64,000 nt of DNA, taken from Bugula neritina (Eukaryota > Animalia > Bryozoa). The notes beneath the pieces were generated by a model. It was not told the origin of the DNA. It did no database searches and saw nothing but the letters and a program-made list of their open reading frames with translations. Position 1 is the first letter of the stretch. Each line of letters opens with the position of its first letter. Both the position numbers and the translations under genes were made by a program. Location of the stretch: NCBI GenBank assembly GCA_964035545.1, contig OZ037765.1:25791504-25855503 (forward strand), in the 5' to 3' direction. Below, in pieces: positions 23,301 to 34,989 of the stretch.

Positions 23301-26300
23301 AGGAAGGAGAGAGAGTAGAGGAAAGAGAGAGAGGACAGAGAGTAGAGGAAGGAGAGAGAGGACAGAGAGTAGAGGAAGGAGAGAGAGGACAGAGAGTAGA
23401 GGAAGGAGAGAGAGTAGAGGAAAGAGAGAGAGTAGAGGAAGGAGAGAGAGAACAGAGAGGAGAGAGAGGACAGAGAGGAGAGGAAGTTGAAAGAGAAAGA
23501 GAAGAGGAAAATGAGGAAGAAAGCCCAGAAAACCTTTCCATAACACCAAATAAAAAGCTAGCAACCCCTTCACAACCCCGAACAGTACATCTTCTCATTA
23601 CAAGTAGCAAAGGCGAACAAGCATGGGGAGAGAATTTCATTACACCTCTTGTTAAACACTTGAATGATGGTGAAACAGATGTATGGACAATTCTCAGAAG
23701 TGCATCAAATGACGCTCAAACATTATCTGCTTCAAAAAAACATGAAAAGAGCACACACACAATCCAGTTTCCAACATCTCTAGAGGAAGGAGACATAACA
23801 TTGCCACCACCAATAGCTCACACACAAAACTGATTTTCTGCCTTCCGTTTGACACAGTCAACTGAACTTATATATCTCAAGTATAAGTGCTACTTGTGCT
23901 TACACTATTGCTAGTTGAGCTAGTGCTAACAACATACTAAATTTATCTTGTGTTCTACTTGTGTTAGATTATAGCTAGCAATATGGTGAGTTTAGTGACT
24001 AAGTAACTGCAAGAGCTTTGAAAGACTCAACACATTCCCTTATCAAACACAGAGTTCTGCTGATCAACTTATTATAAATATGAAGAAAAACAGAAGTAAA
24101 TATGATTTGAAAAGCTGCTATTCCAGAGAACCTGAAGTACACATACAGAAATAAATTTTAAATAGATATAAGCTACACTGCATTGAAAGAATAAAAATTT
24201 TAATCTAAACATTGTTGATGAAGATACATCAAAACATAATGTTATGCTTATACAGGCATTTATTCAAGTTCCTGCTTTATATTAGACATTATGATGACTT
24301 TTAATTTAGTACTATTTATAATTTACTAAATTGTTTAATTATAGAAAAACATAGTATTTATATTGAAATATCATATTTGAAAATAAAAAAGTCTGTATTA
24401 TGACTAGTGAGTTGTGTATTCATTATACTCTTGGATAAAAGCAAAAGTATAAAGATGCAGTGAAAAGAAATTAAAAGTAAAGTCTTAAAAAAAGTAGAAG
24501 CATAATAATTTGATGGTATTTAAATTAAATTACTGTTTGCAATAAGATACAAGTTGATTGTAGATATTTAAACTGCTTAGATTTGATTTAAAAATAATAT
24601 ACTTTTTTTTCCAGCCGTAGAAGTAACAATGCCTGCTAGTTTTACTATAAACTATAGCTTTGTAAAAATTCCACAAGATATCAAACTGTTATTATTACTG
24701 CTTTTAGCACTCATAGTAGTTGAAAATCCCAGTGATGGCTGATTTTGTGATGGTTTATATCTTCCTATTTATTTTTAAGCAATCCCATGTACATCAACAT
24801 AACCAGTGGCATGACATAGGCATTGAACATGAATATGGGCTTGCAGCAAGTTGACACACTACAGTATTCACCTATCACTTGTCTAGTCATGTAGGACATA
24901 CTTGTTAATAAATATCAGTGTGTGGCACTGTTACAGGCAGCTGAATTATTAAAGTAACAACAGAGTTACACTAGCAGCAAATCTCACTGAACCAAAACTT
25001 ATCAAGTTGAGAAAATATGATCTGCTGAATTATTTTGCAAATTATAACATATTTTGTGTGAAAAATTTTTACTGAAAGATGCTTCAACCCAAGCAAAGGT
25101 TTAACCTCGTAACAAACCAAACTCCACATATTTAATTCAGCATTATACTGGTCAGGCTCACTGAGACACTCATGTTAATAGTTTAGCATACTAACTTACA
25201 TATAATGTTAGATTCTATCCTGGAGCATCGTGAGACTTGGATCTGTTTGATTTACTTATTCCGACACCATTTCACAACTTTTGTTCGAAGAAGTCAAATT
25301 CATTTATTCTAAAATTAACTTGCGGATGCTGAAATTCCAAAGACCACTCAGGACTTACCCAATATATAAGTTACCATCGTGTTGTATCCCAGGAGAATCA
25401 AGGAACAGAGCGGACCTCTTAGAGAATGAATTTTATCAGCACCTATTCTCAGCTCACTCAAACCTAAACTCTACAAGCAAACATGCTGTGACTAAATAAT
25501 TCTCATGTACAGTTCAGTTTTGGTCAGCATTTTGTTTAATTCCAATAACTGAAATATAAGTCCAGACAACTAAACACCATTCCACATTCTCTGATCACAT
25601 TTTATTTTAAAAACTACATGAATAATTTCATCAGTTTTTGAACACAGTCACGTCAACTGTTCATCACCCAATGCAGGACATTTAAAAGCAATTGGTGAAT
25701 AAGATTAACTTTTTATTATAAATATCAGGCAAGTATATAGTTGCCATGAGAAACCCCCTGATGGAAGGAGTTTCATTTAAAGCAGGCTAAGGAGCACATG
25801 AGCATTTATGACTGGATGCTTTTTCTACCATCACCAATGACCTTTACTGGGAATGGAACCCATGGCTATGGGCTTACCAAGCCAGCGCTCTAACCTCTAG
25901 ACCACAATTGCTCCCATTGACTTTCTAGTACTATACTGTCATGATAATCTAACTGTTCTGTATAACTATGACCATCAGTGGTAATTAATGGAATAAAACT
26001 CACTCTGTTTCCAGAAAATCCAACAAACTCGAGCAGTTTGAGTACTCTAGCCGGCAGCTGTGAGATCATCTACATAATGACAGCAATAATGAGTTTAGAT
26101 ATACAGCTCTTCACAATAACCAAATAATACAATAAATCAGTAGTAGGGTATACCTGAAACTCTACAGAAAAGAACCATCAGGAACAGTTTGGTGGCCATC
26201 GACGTTTGTAGGCAGACAACTGATACTTTTTTTTATCAATATAACAAACTTTAAACAGGCAACAAAAATGTTAACTAAATATACAATACAATATTATACA

Positions 26301-29300
26301 CTATGCTTTTAAAGAGATATTTAATTATTTTTTTCAATCATCAGCTTTAGTTTAGGAATAAAGAATAATGAATAAGTTTAAACAACAAATTAAAACTTGA
26401 TATAACAACTACCTTGTATATTACAGGCAATAAAACTATGGTACTTTATTCTTTAGCAAAATCAATTGCTTACCAGATTGAAAGCTCCTATTCCCATATT
26501 GACACCACTAGAAAAATGCTCATAATCACTAAGAGTTGCCTTATCTCTACTTTCCGCTATTTTACGGCATTCTCTGAAATACAGCAGAAAGTTACTAGTT
26601 ATTGAAATATTACAGATAGTTGTTTCACTTAAAACCTAGTAGAGCAGTAAAGAAGACAATCTGTACTATAGTACTATAGTACGCATTATATTACATACAA
26701 TAAGCATTATATTACATACAGTGAGCATTATATTACATACAGTGAGCACTATATTACATACAGTAAGCACTATATTACATACAATAAGCATTATATTACA
26801 TACAGTGAGCATTATATTACATACAGTAAGCGCTATATTACATACAATAAGCATTATATTACACACAGTGAACATTATATTGGACCAAGTAGAAAATATA
26901 TAGCTAATTAGTTAAATTGAATTGAAAATGTCAGGCAAGGGTGCACACAGCATATTACATACACATACAATGCAGTGTGCTACTGTTTATACATTAAATA
27001 GTGCTTTATGTGTGGAACTAAATATTATAATATTACAAAAATGGTAACCCATTATTCAGCAGCCAAAATCTTACTGTCACTGCCAATACAGGCATTCCAA
27101 TTCAAATCTTATATTTGCTGCTTTTTACTTCTGTTAATATTTAAAAATTACTATTATATCGCATTGTGTGCATTTCCAAAAAAGCATGCACGTCTGTTAA
27201 CTGGCAATGTAGAATTAGATAAACTGTACGGATGGTTATGTAACACACTAGATTAACTTATATACATTAAAGCTGTGACCAGTGCAAGAACACAACTCCT
27301 GGTGTCAGATCCACTCACTTGTACGACTGGTAACAATGCTTGATCTTGAGGGCTCCTTTGAGGAAACTCATCAGATTCTCATCCTGAACAAAACTCAGGA
27401 CAGCTCTGAGAAGGAGAGTCTCCGCAAACACCAGCTCAGCGTGCACTTCAACTGTTGTAAATAAAATATTTTACTAGCAGTTTACTATGCATTCCTCACC
27501 CAACCTTTCAAAATATTTTAGTTTAAATTCATTTGGAAATTACTGTTAAAAGGCAGATCAAATAAGTATTATATCTCTTGGTGACTAACCCTGTCCTGGA
27601 ACATTACTAAAACATTACAAACATGAGATTTCTATTTAATGTCTAACATGTGCTATAAATACACCTAGTACTCACTTTCAGTGTATGTAGAGTATATAAC
27701 TATGTACTCACTGTCAGTGTATGTAGAGTATATAACTATGTACTCACTGTCAGTGTATGTAGAGTATATAACTATGTACTCACTGTCAGTGTATGTAGAG
27801 TATATAACTATGTACTCACTGTCAGTGTATGTAGAGTATATAACTATGTACTCACTGTCAGTGTATGTACAGTATATAACTATGTACTCACTGTCAGTAT
27901 ACGTAGAGTATATAACTATGTACTCACTGTCAGTGTATGTAGAGTATAACTATGTACTCACTGTCAGTGTATGTAGAGTCTATAACTATGTACTCACTGT
28001 CAGTGTATGTAGAGTATATAACTATGTACTCACTGTCAGTGTACGTAGAGTATATAACTATGTACTCACTGTCAGTATACGTAGAGTATATAACTATGTA
28101 CTTTCAGTGTATGTAGAGTATATAACTATGTACTCACTGTCAGTGTATGTAGAGTATATAACTATGTACTCACTGTCAGTGTATGTAGAGTATATAACTA
28201 TGTACTCACTGTCAGTGTATGTAGAGTCTATAACTATGTACTCACTGTCAGTGTATGTACAGTATATAACTATGTACTCACTGTCAGTATACGTAGAGTA
28301 TATAACTATGTACTCACTGTCAGTGTATGTAGAGTATAACTATGTACTCACTGTCAGTGTATGTAGAGTATATAACTATGTACTCACTGTCAGTGTATGT
28401 AGAGTATATAACTATGTACTCACTGTCAGTGTACGTAGAGTATATAACTATGTACTCACTGTCAGTATACGTAGAGTATATAACTATGTACTTTCAGTAT
28501 ACGTAGAGTATATAACTATGTACTCACTGTCAGTGTATGTAGAGTATATAACTATGTACTCACTGTCAGTGTATGTAGAGTATATAACTATGTACTCACT
28601 GTCAGTGTATGTAGAGTCTATAACTATGTACTCACTGTCAGTGTATGTAGAGTATATAACTATGTACTCACTGTCAGTGTATGTAGAGTATATAACTATG
28701 TACTCACTGTCAGTGTATGTAGAGTATATAACTATGTACTCACTGTCAGTGTATGTAGAGTATATAACTATGTACTCACTGTCAGTATACGTAGAGTATA
28801 TAACTATGTACTCACTGTCAGTGTATGTAGAGTATATAACTATGTACTCACTGTCAGTGTATGTAGAGTATATAACTATGTACTCACTGTCAGTGTATGT
28901 AGAGTAGTCAATCTTGTGTGAGATCTGCTTTAGAGTATCATACATGGTGTGCTTCTTCCTCAGAGAATGAGCCAAGTTTATGGACCTCTTAGTAGACTGA
29001 ATAGCAGCTTCTATGTCCGGCTGTTGAATGTTGGATATATTATGAGATGAATGAGCAAAGATTTATAATAATGAAACACAAACATGTTTATAATATTATT
29101 ACAAAGAAATATGAGAAAATATGTTGATATAACAAGAAAATAAATAGCAAGTTTGAACATAAAATGGTTTACATTTACTAGATTTGTTCAGCTCAGCAAA
29201 GTTCAATTATTCTTCAAGCTAAAAGTATCTAAGCTTTTTCCATGTCCTCAAAAGACACACAATAAGGGTTTTCATATTAAAAGTAATGTATGATAAATCT

Positions 29301-31383
29301 GAATAGTGATAAAACAGCTAAAAACATCATGCTTAATTTCACTGTAAGTTTTAGGATAAATATAACATGAAACATTCTAAAAATATACTTGTGTTCATAC
29401 ACACTAGATCTTGTGCATACATAGTAAACCAATAAACCAATAAAATTTACCATTAATATAATTCTATAATTGAATACTATCAATGAAAACACACCAATGC
29501 TGCGCAGAACAGTAGAGTTTTTATTAGTAATCCAAAGTGAACTTTTAGTAAAAATTGTTCTATTCTAAGATATTATACCTTTTCAAAGCTAAGCATGGCT
29601 TGCATGTATAGCAGCGTGGTATGTGCAAGAGAGTGGTACATGCTGCTATCTATCCTATAATGAATAGAATGGAAATTAAGCAAAGCAACTTTAAGCAAGG
29701 GTACTAATATGAAATACATTTCCTGAGTAGAGATGGATTGTCATCTAAGCATGACAACAGAAGCTAACATATTATTATGATTGAATCCAACGAGAGAGGC
29801 ATAAGATATACACACTGCATACAGGCACATTACAAGCTTCGTTCATTTAAAATTTTAGTGTATAACAAGCAGAGAAAGTATATTAATACTAACCACGGCT
29901 CCATGCGTTTGATAGCCTCCTCAAACCTATTGTTGAGAAACAGATTGAGTGCAGCTTTAGCATCACAAATAGAGACAGCCAAGTCCATTTCACTCGCCCT
30001 TTAAAGTAAAACACACAAAAGATGACAGACTATCTGTTTCATACTTATAGCACTATGAGTACAGGCTTAGAGAGAAATACCATCTCTTACTGCTGTGAAT
30101 GAGCTGCCTCCCCATCATCTAAATCCGAGAGACACTCCACAGAAAGCAGAGAATCCATGTGACTGTGTAGTGTGTTCTTTCAACGAGCACAAACATTGAA
30201 TGACATAAATTTACTTAAGTACTAACCTTCATAGCAGAGTCTAGGCAGCTAGCTAATCAATACTATATATTCACAACACTGCCTACACAATATAGGGTGG
30301 CTATAATTAATCCATTTAGTAGAAGCTTTGTAATGCAATTTAATGCAACAATTCCCACAAGTAATTAAATTGACATAATATAACTAAGCATTTATAGAAA
30401 AATAAGCAGAGTGTAGCCTAACATCAAACAATCTACTGGCTATTGACCAAAGATTATACAACCGTGTAATTGCATAGAGATGCTAAAAGTATTACAATAT
30501 TATGCTGACAGTTTCAACAAAGGATAAGTTTCAAAGTCCTAACACTCAATGTCATAGTATAACTATATATTATATAAAAGTAGCAAGCGTAGTTGTTAAA
30601 TCTTTAATTCAGAAAACAAAACATTAGCAAAACAATTTTTTGACATTAGATTATAAAACTAAAGACCAAGTATTACAGAGAATGCAAATATTAAAAACAA
30701 GGCCAGTGTAAAAATTACATCTTCTGGCACTTAACAGAGCATTTAGCACGTTTACAACAGTAAAAATTGGAAACTGTGACTCTTAACAAAAAAATTTGTG
30801 TTGAACATAAAAATTTTTACATTTCAACTACAATATTTTTAGCTTACCGAACTGTATCTTCAGCATCTTCGAATATCTGAAAGTTAATAGTTCAAAGCAT
30901 TATAAGCAATTTGACTGCAAATTGAAATATTTTATATAACATAGCATAGTCCACAGTGTTATATTTGAGCTATGATAGTAAATACTGCAACATGGCCTTA
31001 ATCATGCACGATACCCTAAATTGCACCAACATGAATTGTATACTGGAAAACTAGTTTGTTTTAATGAGAGTCCAAAAAAGTTACAGGCACCTCAACTTTT
31101 TCTAATTTTTTATGGAAAAAAATGAACTGTGAATTTTACTGGCATAATTCTCAAATGAAATTTATGCTGAAAAAATTAAACATACCTTATATTTCAGATG
31201 AAATTAAACATGTATAAAATAAATGCAAATTATCAAAAACATATTTACACAGAGTTATGAGTTTTATAGTTTTATCTAGTAGGAATCGTATACAAGTAAG
31301 TAAATTTAAAATGGATGTAGTAGAGCACCTACTTCCTCATCGTCATCTGACAGTTCAGGATCAATATTAGAGGCACTGGCCAT
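17346..31383 (-). CDS. TTC39B: Tetratricopeptide repeat protein 39 family (TTC39B-like)
   Basis: Spliced translation gives MASASNIDPELSDDDEE...MDLAVSICDAKAALNLFLNNRFEEAIKRMEPW...SMYHSL...EVHAELVFAETLLLRAVLSFVQDENLMSFLKG...[36 protein letters not shown]...SEWRQFHHICYWELMWC...AGKSLPIEKFA...YVWNGF...NYKGYALESRLHFKIHAA, stop at 17346-17348. Paralog letter (A versus B) is not resolvable. Confidence 0.92.
21343..23833 (+). CDS. Nested two-exon gene: ankyrin-like repeats plus divergent caspase-fold (peptidase C14-like) domain with a Glu/Arg/Gly repeat linker, about 565 aa
   Basis: Exon 21343-22170 (ends GAT|gtaaga) joins in phase 0 to exon 22964-23833 (tttcag|ATA). Ankyrin-like GRNFLMLAI and DNDRNNVLQLAL; p20-like AIIFYN...ALFSRGFYV...LWVVGLTHG...KDIIIIIDACQ; p10-like HLLITSSKGEQAWGENFITPLVKHL...DVWTIL...IQFPTSL. 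Confidence 0.75.
22998..23520 (+). repeat. Coding polypurine minisatellite of mixed 18-bp and 27-bp units (VEEGER / GQRVEEGER)
   Basis: Almost entirely A/G on the + strand; all units are multiples of 9 nt, so the frame stays open. Confidence 0.95.
25747..25912 (-). mobile_element. tRNA-derived SINE copy
   Basis: Minus strand has an A-box-like TGGTCTAGAGG, a B-box-like GGTTCCATTCC and then CATTGGTGATGGTAGAAAAAGCATCCAGTCATAAATGCTC; homologous to 34820-34989. Confidence 0.65.
26683..26881. repeat. 21-bp minisatellite, ~9.5 copies (GCATTATATTACATACAGTGA)
   Basis: Units read directly; lies in a TTC39 intron. Confidence 0.95.
27668..28906. repeat. 36-bp minisatellite, ~34-35 copies, overlapping a TTC39 exon end and its 5' splice site
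   Basis: Unit GTGTATGTAGAGTATATAACTATGTACTCACTGTCA with 34-bp and 32-bp variants; minus strand reads TACTCTACATACACTGACA|GTGAGTACATAGTTATA. Confidence 0.97.
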
Positions 31384-32932
31384 CTAAAGAAACATATATA
31401 ATATTAAGCACTTTAAAATAATATTTGCAGTGTTATCAGGCTAAAAGTAATGAGCTATCATAAAATTGAGCTTATTATTATGATTACTTGAAAAAATCAA
31501 AAGCCCAATAAAAAGTTTCTGACTACATTAATATTATTGCTATTATTTTTATTATATTCTACATACTTTATATTATTGTTAGAATTTTAAAACATGGAAA
31601 ACATAGTAATTACAACAAGATATAAAACATAAAGATATTGAATAAAGTCACCTGAAGGTAACAAATAAAAGCCTCTAAACCTGATGAGTTGAAGAAAAAA
31701 AACTTTACATTGGATATAATCTTACAAAGGAAGAGGACTAGTTTCAATGGTAATCATTAGAATATTACAAACTGCTGAGAAAAAATATTTTTCAAATCAA
31801 ATCTAATGTAAAAATAAAATGACAATTATTGATTGAATCACTAACAAGCAGAAATCCAATCACAAGTAACAAAACCACAATGTCAACAAATATAAAGATG
31901 AACATGTACACTTCTGTCTTATAAAGTTTTATTTCGATATGGATCAGTGAAAACATATTCATGTTTATACTGCTACATCCTAAGATCAGTCTGCAGCTAC
32001 AGAAGCAAACAAATAAAGCAGTTAAGAGATTCAGTGCAACTTTTGCTACCTTAACCTTTCAGTTGGGAACACAACTCCAGTAAGTTGTATAGTCTACACT
32101 CTGTAGCTTCTTTAAATGTTTTATTGTAAGTGTATAAAATACTAACTACAAAATTTACATGTCTGTTTATAGCTAGAGAGATTCTGTCTGTAAATTAGAA
32201 GGGGAAATGTGATTTTTATGTAAGTTAGTATAAATGGCTAACAAGTGTACCCAACTACTGTTGGCGCTTAAAAACAATTGTGTGATAAAGGTAGCATGCA
32301 CATGCATTATTGCATAATAAACCATAAGTTACATTATAATGTGAGGAATTAATATTAAAAAACTAAACAGCTAAGTGAAAACCAGTAAGGTTATTTCATA
32401 ATATGATGATCACTATGTCAACTATAATTCTGGCTATCGTAACTTTCACTTATTATTGAAAATATATGATATCATTTTATTAAATTTGAAATCAATACAT
32501 TAAAAACAAATCTCAAAATGCCAATATGAACATCAATATGAATATGAGTATAATTAAAATTATTAAATTATTAATAGTCTCAATGAGTTGATAAATTCAT
32601 CATTATGATTTATGATGAACATTCAGTTTTACATAGAATGATTGATTAATGATATTTATATCAAATTCAATATCACAATAATAGTGATATTATGATTGAG
32701 TATTATATTTTTAATATATCATATATATTTATGAACATCAAATTCAGGATGAATGAATAAGTCAATCTTCTACGCGAACAGGACAAAGTGAAGGTAGGTG
32801 AGAAAAAAATGAATGAATAATTTAATATCAACATTTTTACGAGTATGATATTGATTATCAATTACATGAATGACCACCATCATCAGCAATATGGACAGTA
32901 TCAGTAGAACTAGTTAAGTGATAAGCTTAGCA

Positions 32933-32997
32933 GTACTACTACTAGCACTACTGCTACTACTACTACTGCTACTGCCACCGCTACTACCACTACTACC

Positions 32998-33038
<41 letters not shown>
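32933..33038. repeat. (ACT/ACC)n trinucleotide microsatellite
   Basis: Seen directly between the TTC39 and SLC38A9 start codons. Confidence 0.9.
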
Positions 33039-33039
<1 letters not shown>

Positions 33040-34819
33040 GTACAAGTACTAGCTATTACTCATTAGTCCTACTCCTAGGCAGTAAGATCCCAACTACTAC
33101 TAGACCGTAAAATTTACATTTTGGAAAAACTATAAGAATAAAAACGTTATCCGTTGTAGTCAACGTAATAATATTTGACATAATGATAAATATCAGTAAC
33201 TGCAACTGTAAGACTAACTGAGTATCATAATTGATAACATTAATATAAAAGTAAATAATAATCATAATGTCAATGATAACCAAATTTAAATTATCAATAT
33301 CAATATGAATAATAATATTATTAATTTATTAATATAAATATCATATATTTATATTTTTGATAAAGATAATCAGTATCACTATTCACCATTAAAAGCAAAA
33401 AACCTAATCTGTAATCATAATTGCAGTAGTGAATAAAAATCATATAATATGACTTCCACTCACAGCCCAAGAAAAAAATGATAATCAGAATATTGATTTT
33501 TAATTTAAATTTATGAAAATATCAATTACAAATGAACTAATTGCCAAAACAAGCCCAGGATTGTGGATCTGTTCTATAAACAGCTTCAAGTTGGGGGTAA
33601 ATAAAGCTAGTAGCTTAAAGTTTTCAAGTTTAAAGTTGGGGTCTACTAAGACCCTCAACTTCAAACTTGAGAATCCTAGACTACTATACTCATTCACTCC
33701 ATACCTGGAGATGCCTATAAAACTATTCATTTACGATATTGACCGAGACAAAAAACCTAACTATTATTAGAACGGTAGCTTGCGGGTTTCTCGAAATTTT
33801 TCAATAAAACTAATCTTAACAAGCCTTAGGGCTTAAACTTGAATAAATGCTTTGTATCTGACTCACTCAGATGCTAAAGTTCAATGTTATAGAACTTCAC
33901 ACTACAGTAGGATTTAATTTTAATACTTACCAGTTACACCCATTGAACTATAATTTCATTTCAGTGCTTACACCCTTCACCTGACCTTATTTCAATTTGT
34001 GATCTCTAGGCCTTTGTAGTTTATGTAAACAACTATATTGATATAAAGCGTTAGAATAACAGTCGGCAGCTCAATTAAAATTAAATTGTGTTTCAATTTG
34101 AATTTCAATTTGTAATCAACATCATTATGATTATGATAATGATTAGGATATTCAATTTCATATTCATATTGAAATTGTGATATTGATCATCATTGTTCAT
34201 TGGGATTATCATAAACGTAAAGTGATTATGATAAAGTGATTCTTATTGTCATTATGATCATGATGATCACAATGAAGAATGATAATTTACATTATCATTA
34301 TGATAAAGTGATTATGACTATGAGTATGACTCAATGAGTAGCCTACTCAGCAAGAGTCATGATGATAATGATCAAGTAATGATGATTATCGATTAGACTA
34401 TATCAATATGGTTTATTACGATATCTACTTATAGTCTCGTGCTAAGTCAGATAGTCATAGTGATACTGATCCTCATAGTCATACTGATACTGATAGTGAT
34501 ACTTATGAATTATGAGTGGTGACAAAAACTGCCACTGGTACAGTAATACTCTACTGATGCTTGTACCCATGCCATAGACCTTGGTGATAGTGTTACGCTC
34601 AATCTCTTAGCCATACTGCAGTGATACTGAGTCTGATCACCGAGTCATATTCAATGTGATAATTGTACTGATATCTATACTCATTACTCATACTGTCACT
34701 AAATCTGATGGTTAGTTATACTCGTACTTTAATTAACACGAATAATCATAGTGATCATCATTATGATAGTCATACTCACTTACACTCACACTCTCATGCA
34801 AGTTTATAATCACTATCCC

Positions 34820-34989
34820 TGTGAGAAAACCTCTGATGGAAAAGGGTTTTTGTTGATTTGAGCTAAGAACTCATTAAGATGAGGCACAAGAGCAATTATG
34901 ACTGGATGCTCTTCCTAACATCACCAATGGCATTTGTCCGGGCTCGAACTCATAACTTCGTGCTTACTACCTCTAGATCACGGCTGCTC
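34820..34989 (-). mobile_element. tRNA-derived SINE copy, same family as 25747-25912
   Basis: Minus strand AGCAGCCGTGATCTAGAGG...GAGTTCGAGCCCGG...CATTGGTGATGTTAGGAAGAGCATCCAGTCATAATTGCTC; pol III A/B-box-like head. Confidence 0.7.

Noticed and set aside
22974-23640. 199-aa and 217-aa minus-strand Leu/Ser/Pro ORFs
   Set aside because: Antisense shadows of the purine repeat in the nested gene.
27668-28906. CRISPR-like array (36-bp repeats)
   Set aside because: Head-to-tail units with no unique spacers, no cas genes, eukaryotic intron.
27681-28907. 408-aa + strand ORF (YVEYITMYSLSV repeats)
   Set aside because: By-product of the stop-free 36-bp minisatellite; antisense to TTC39 with no unique coding sequence.
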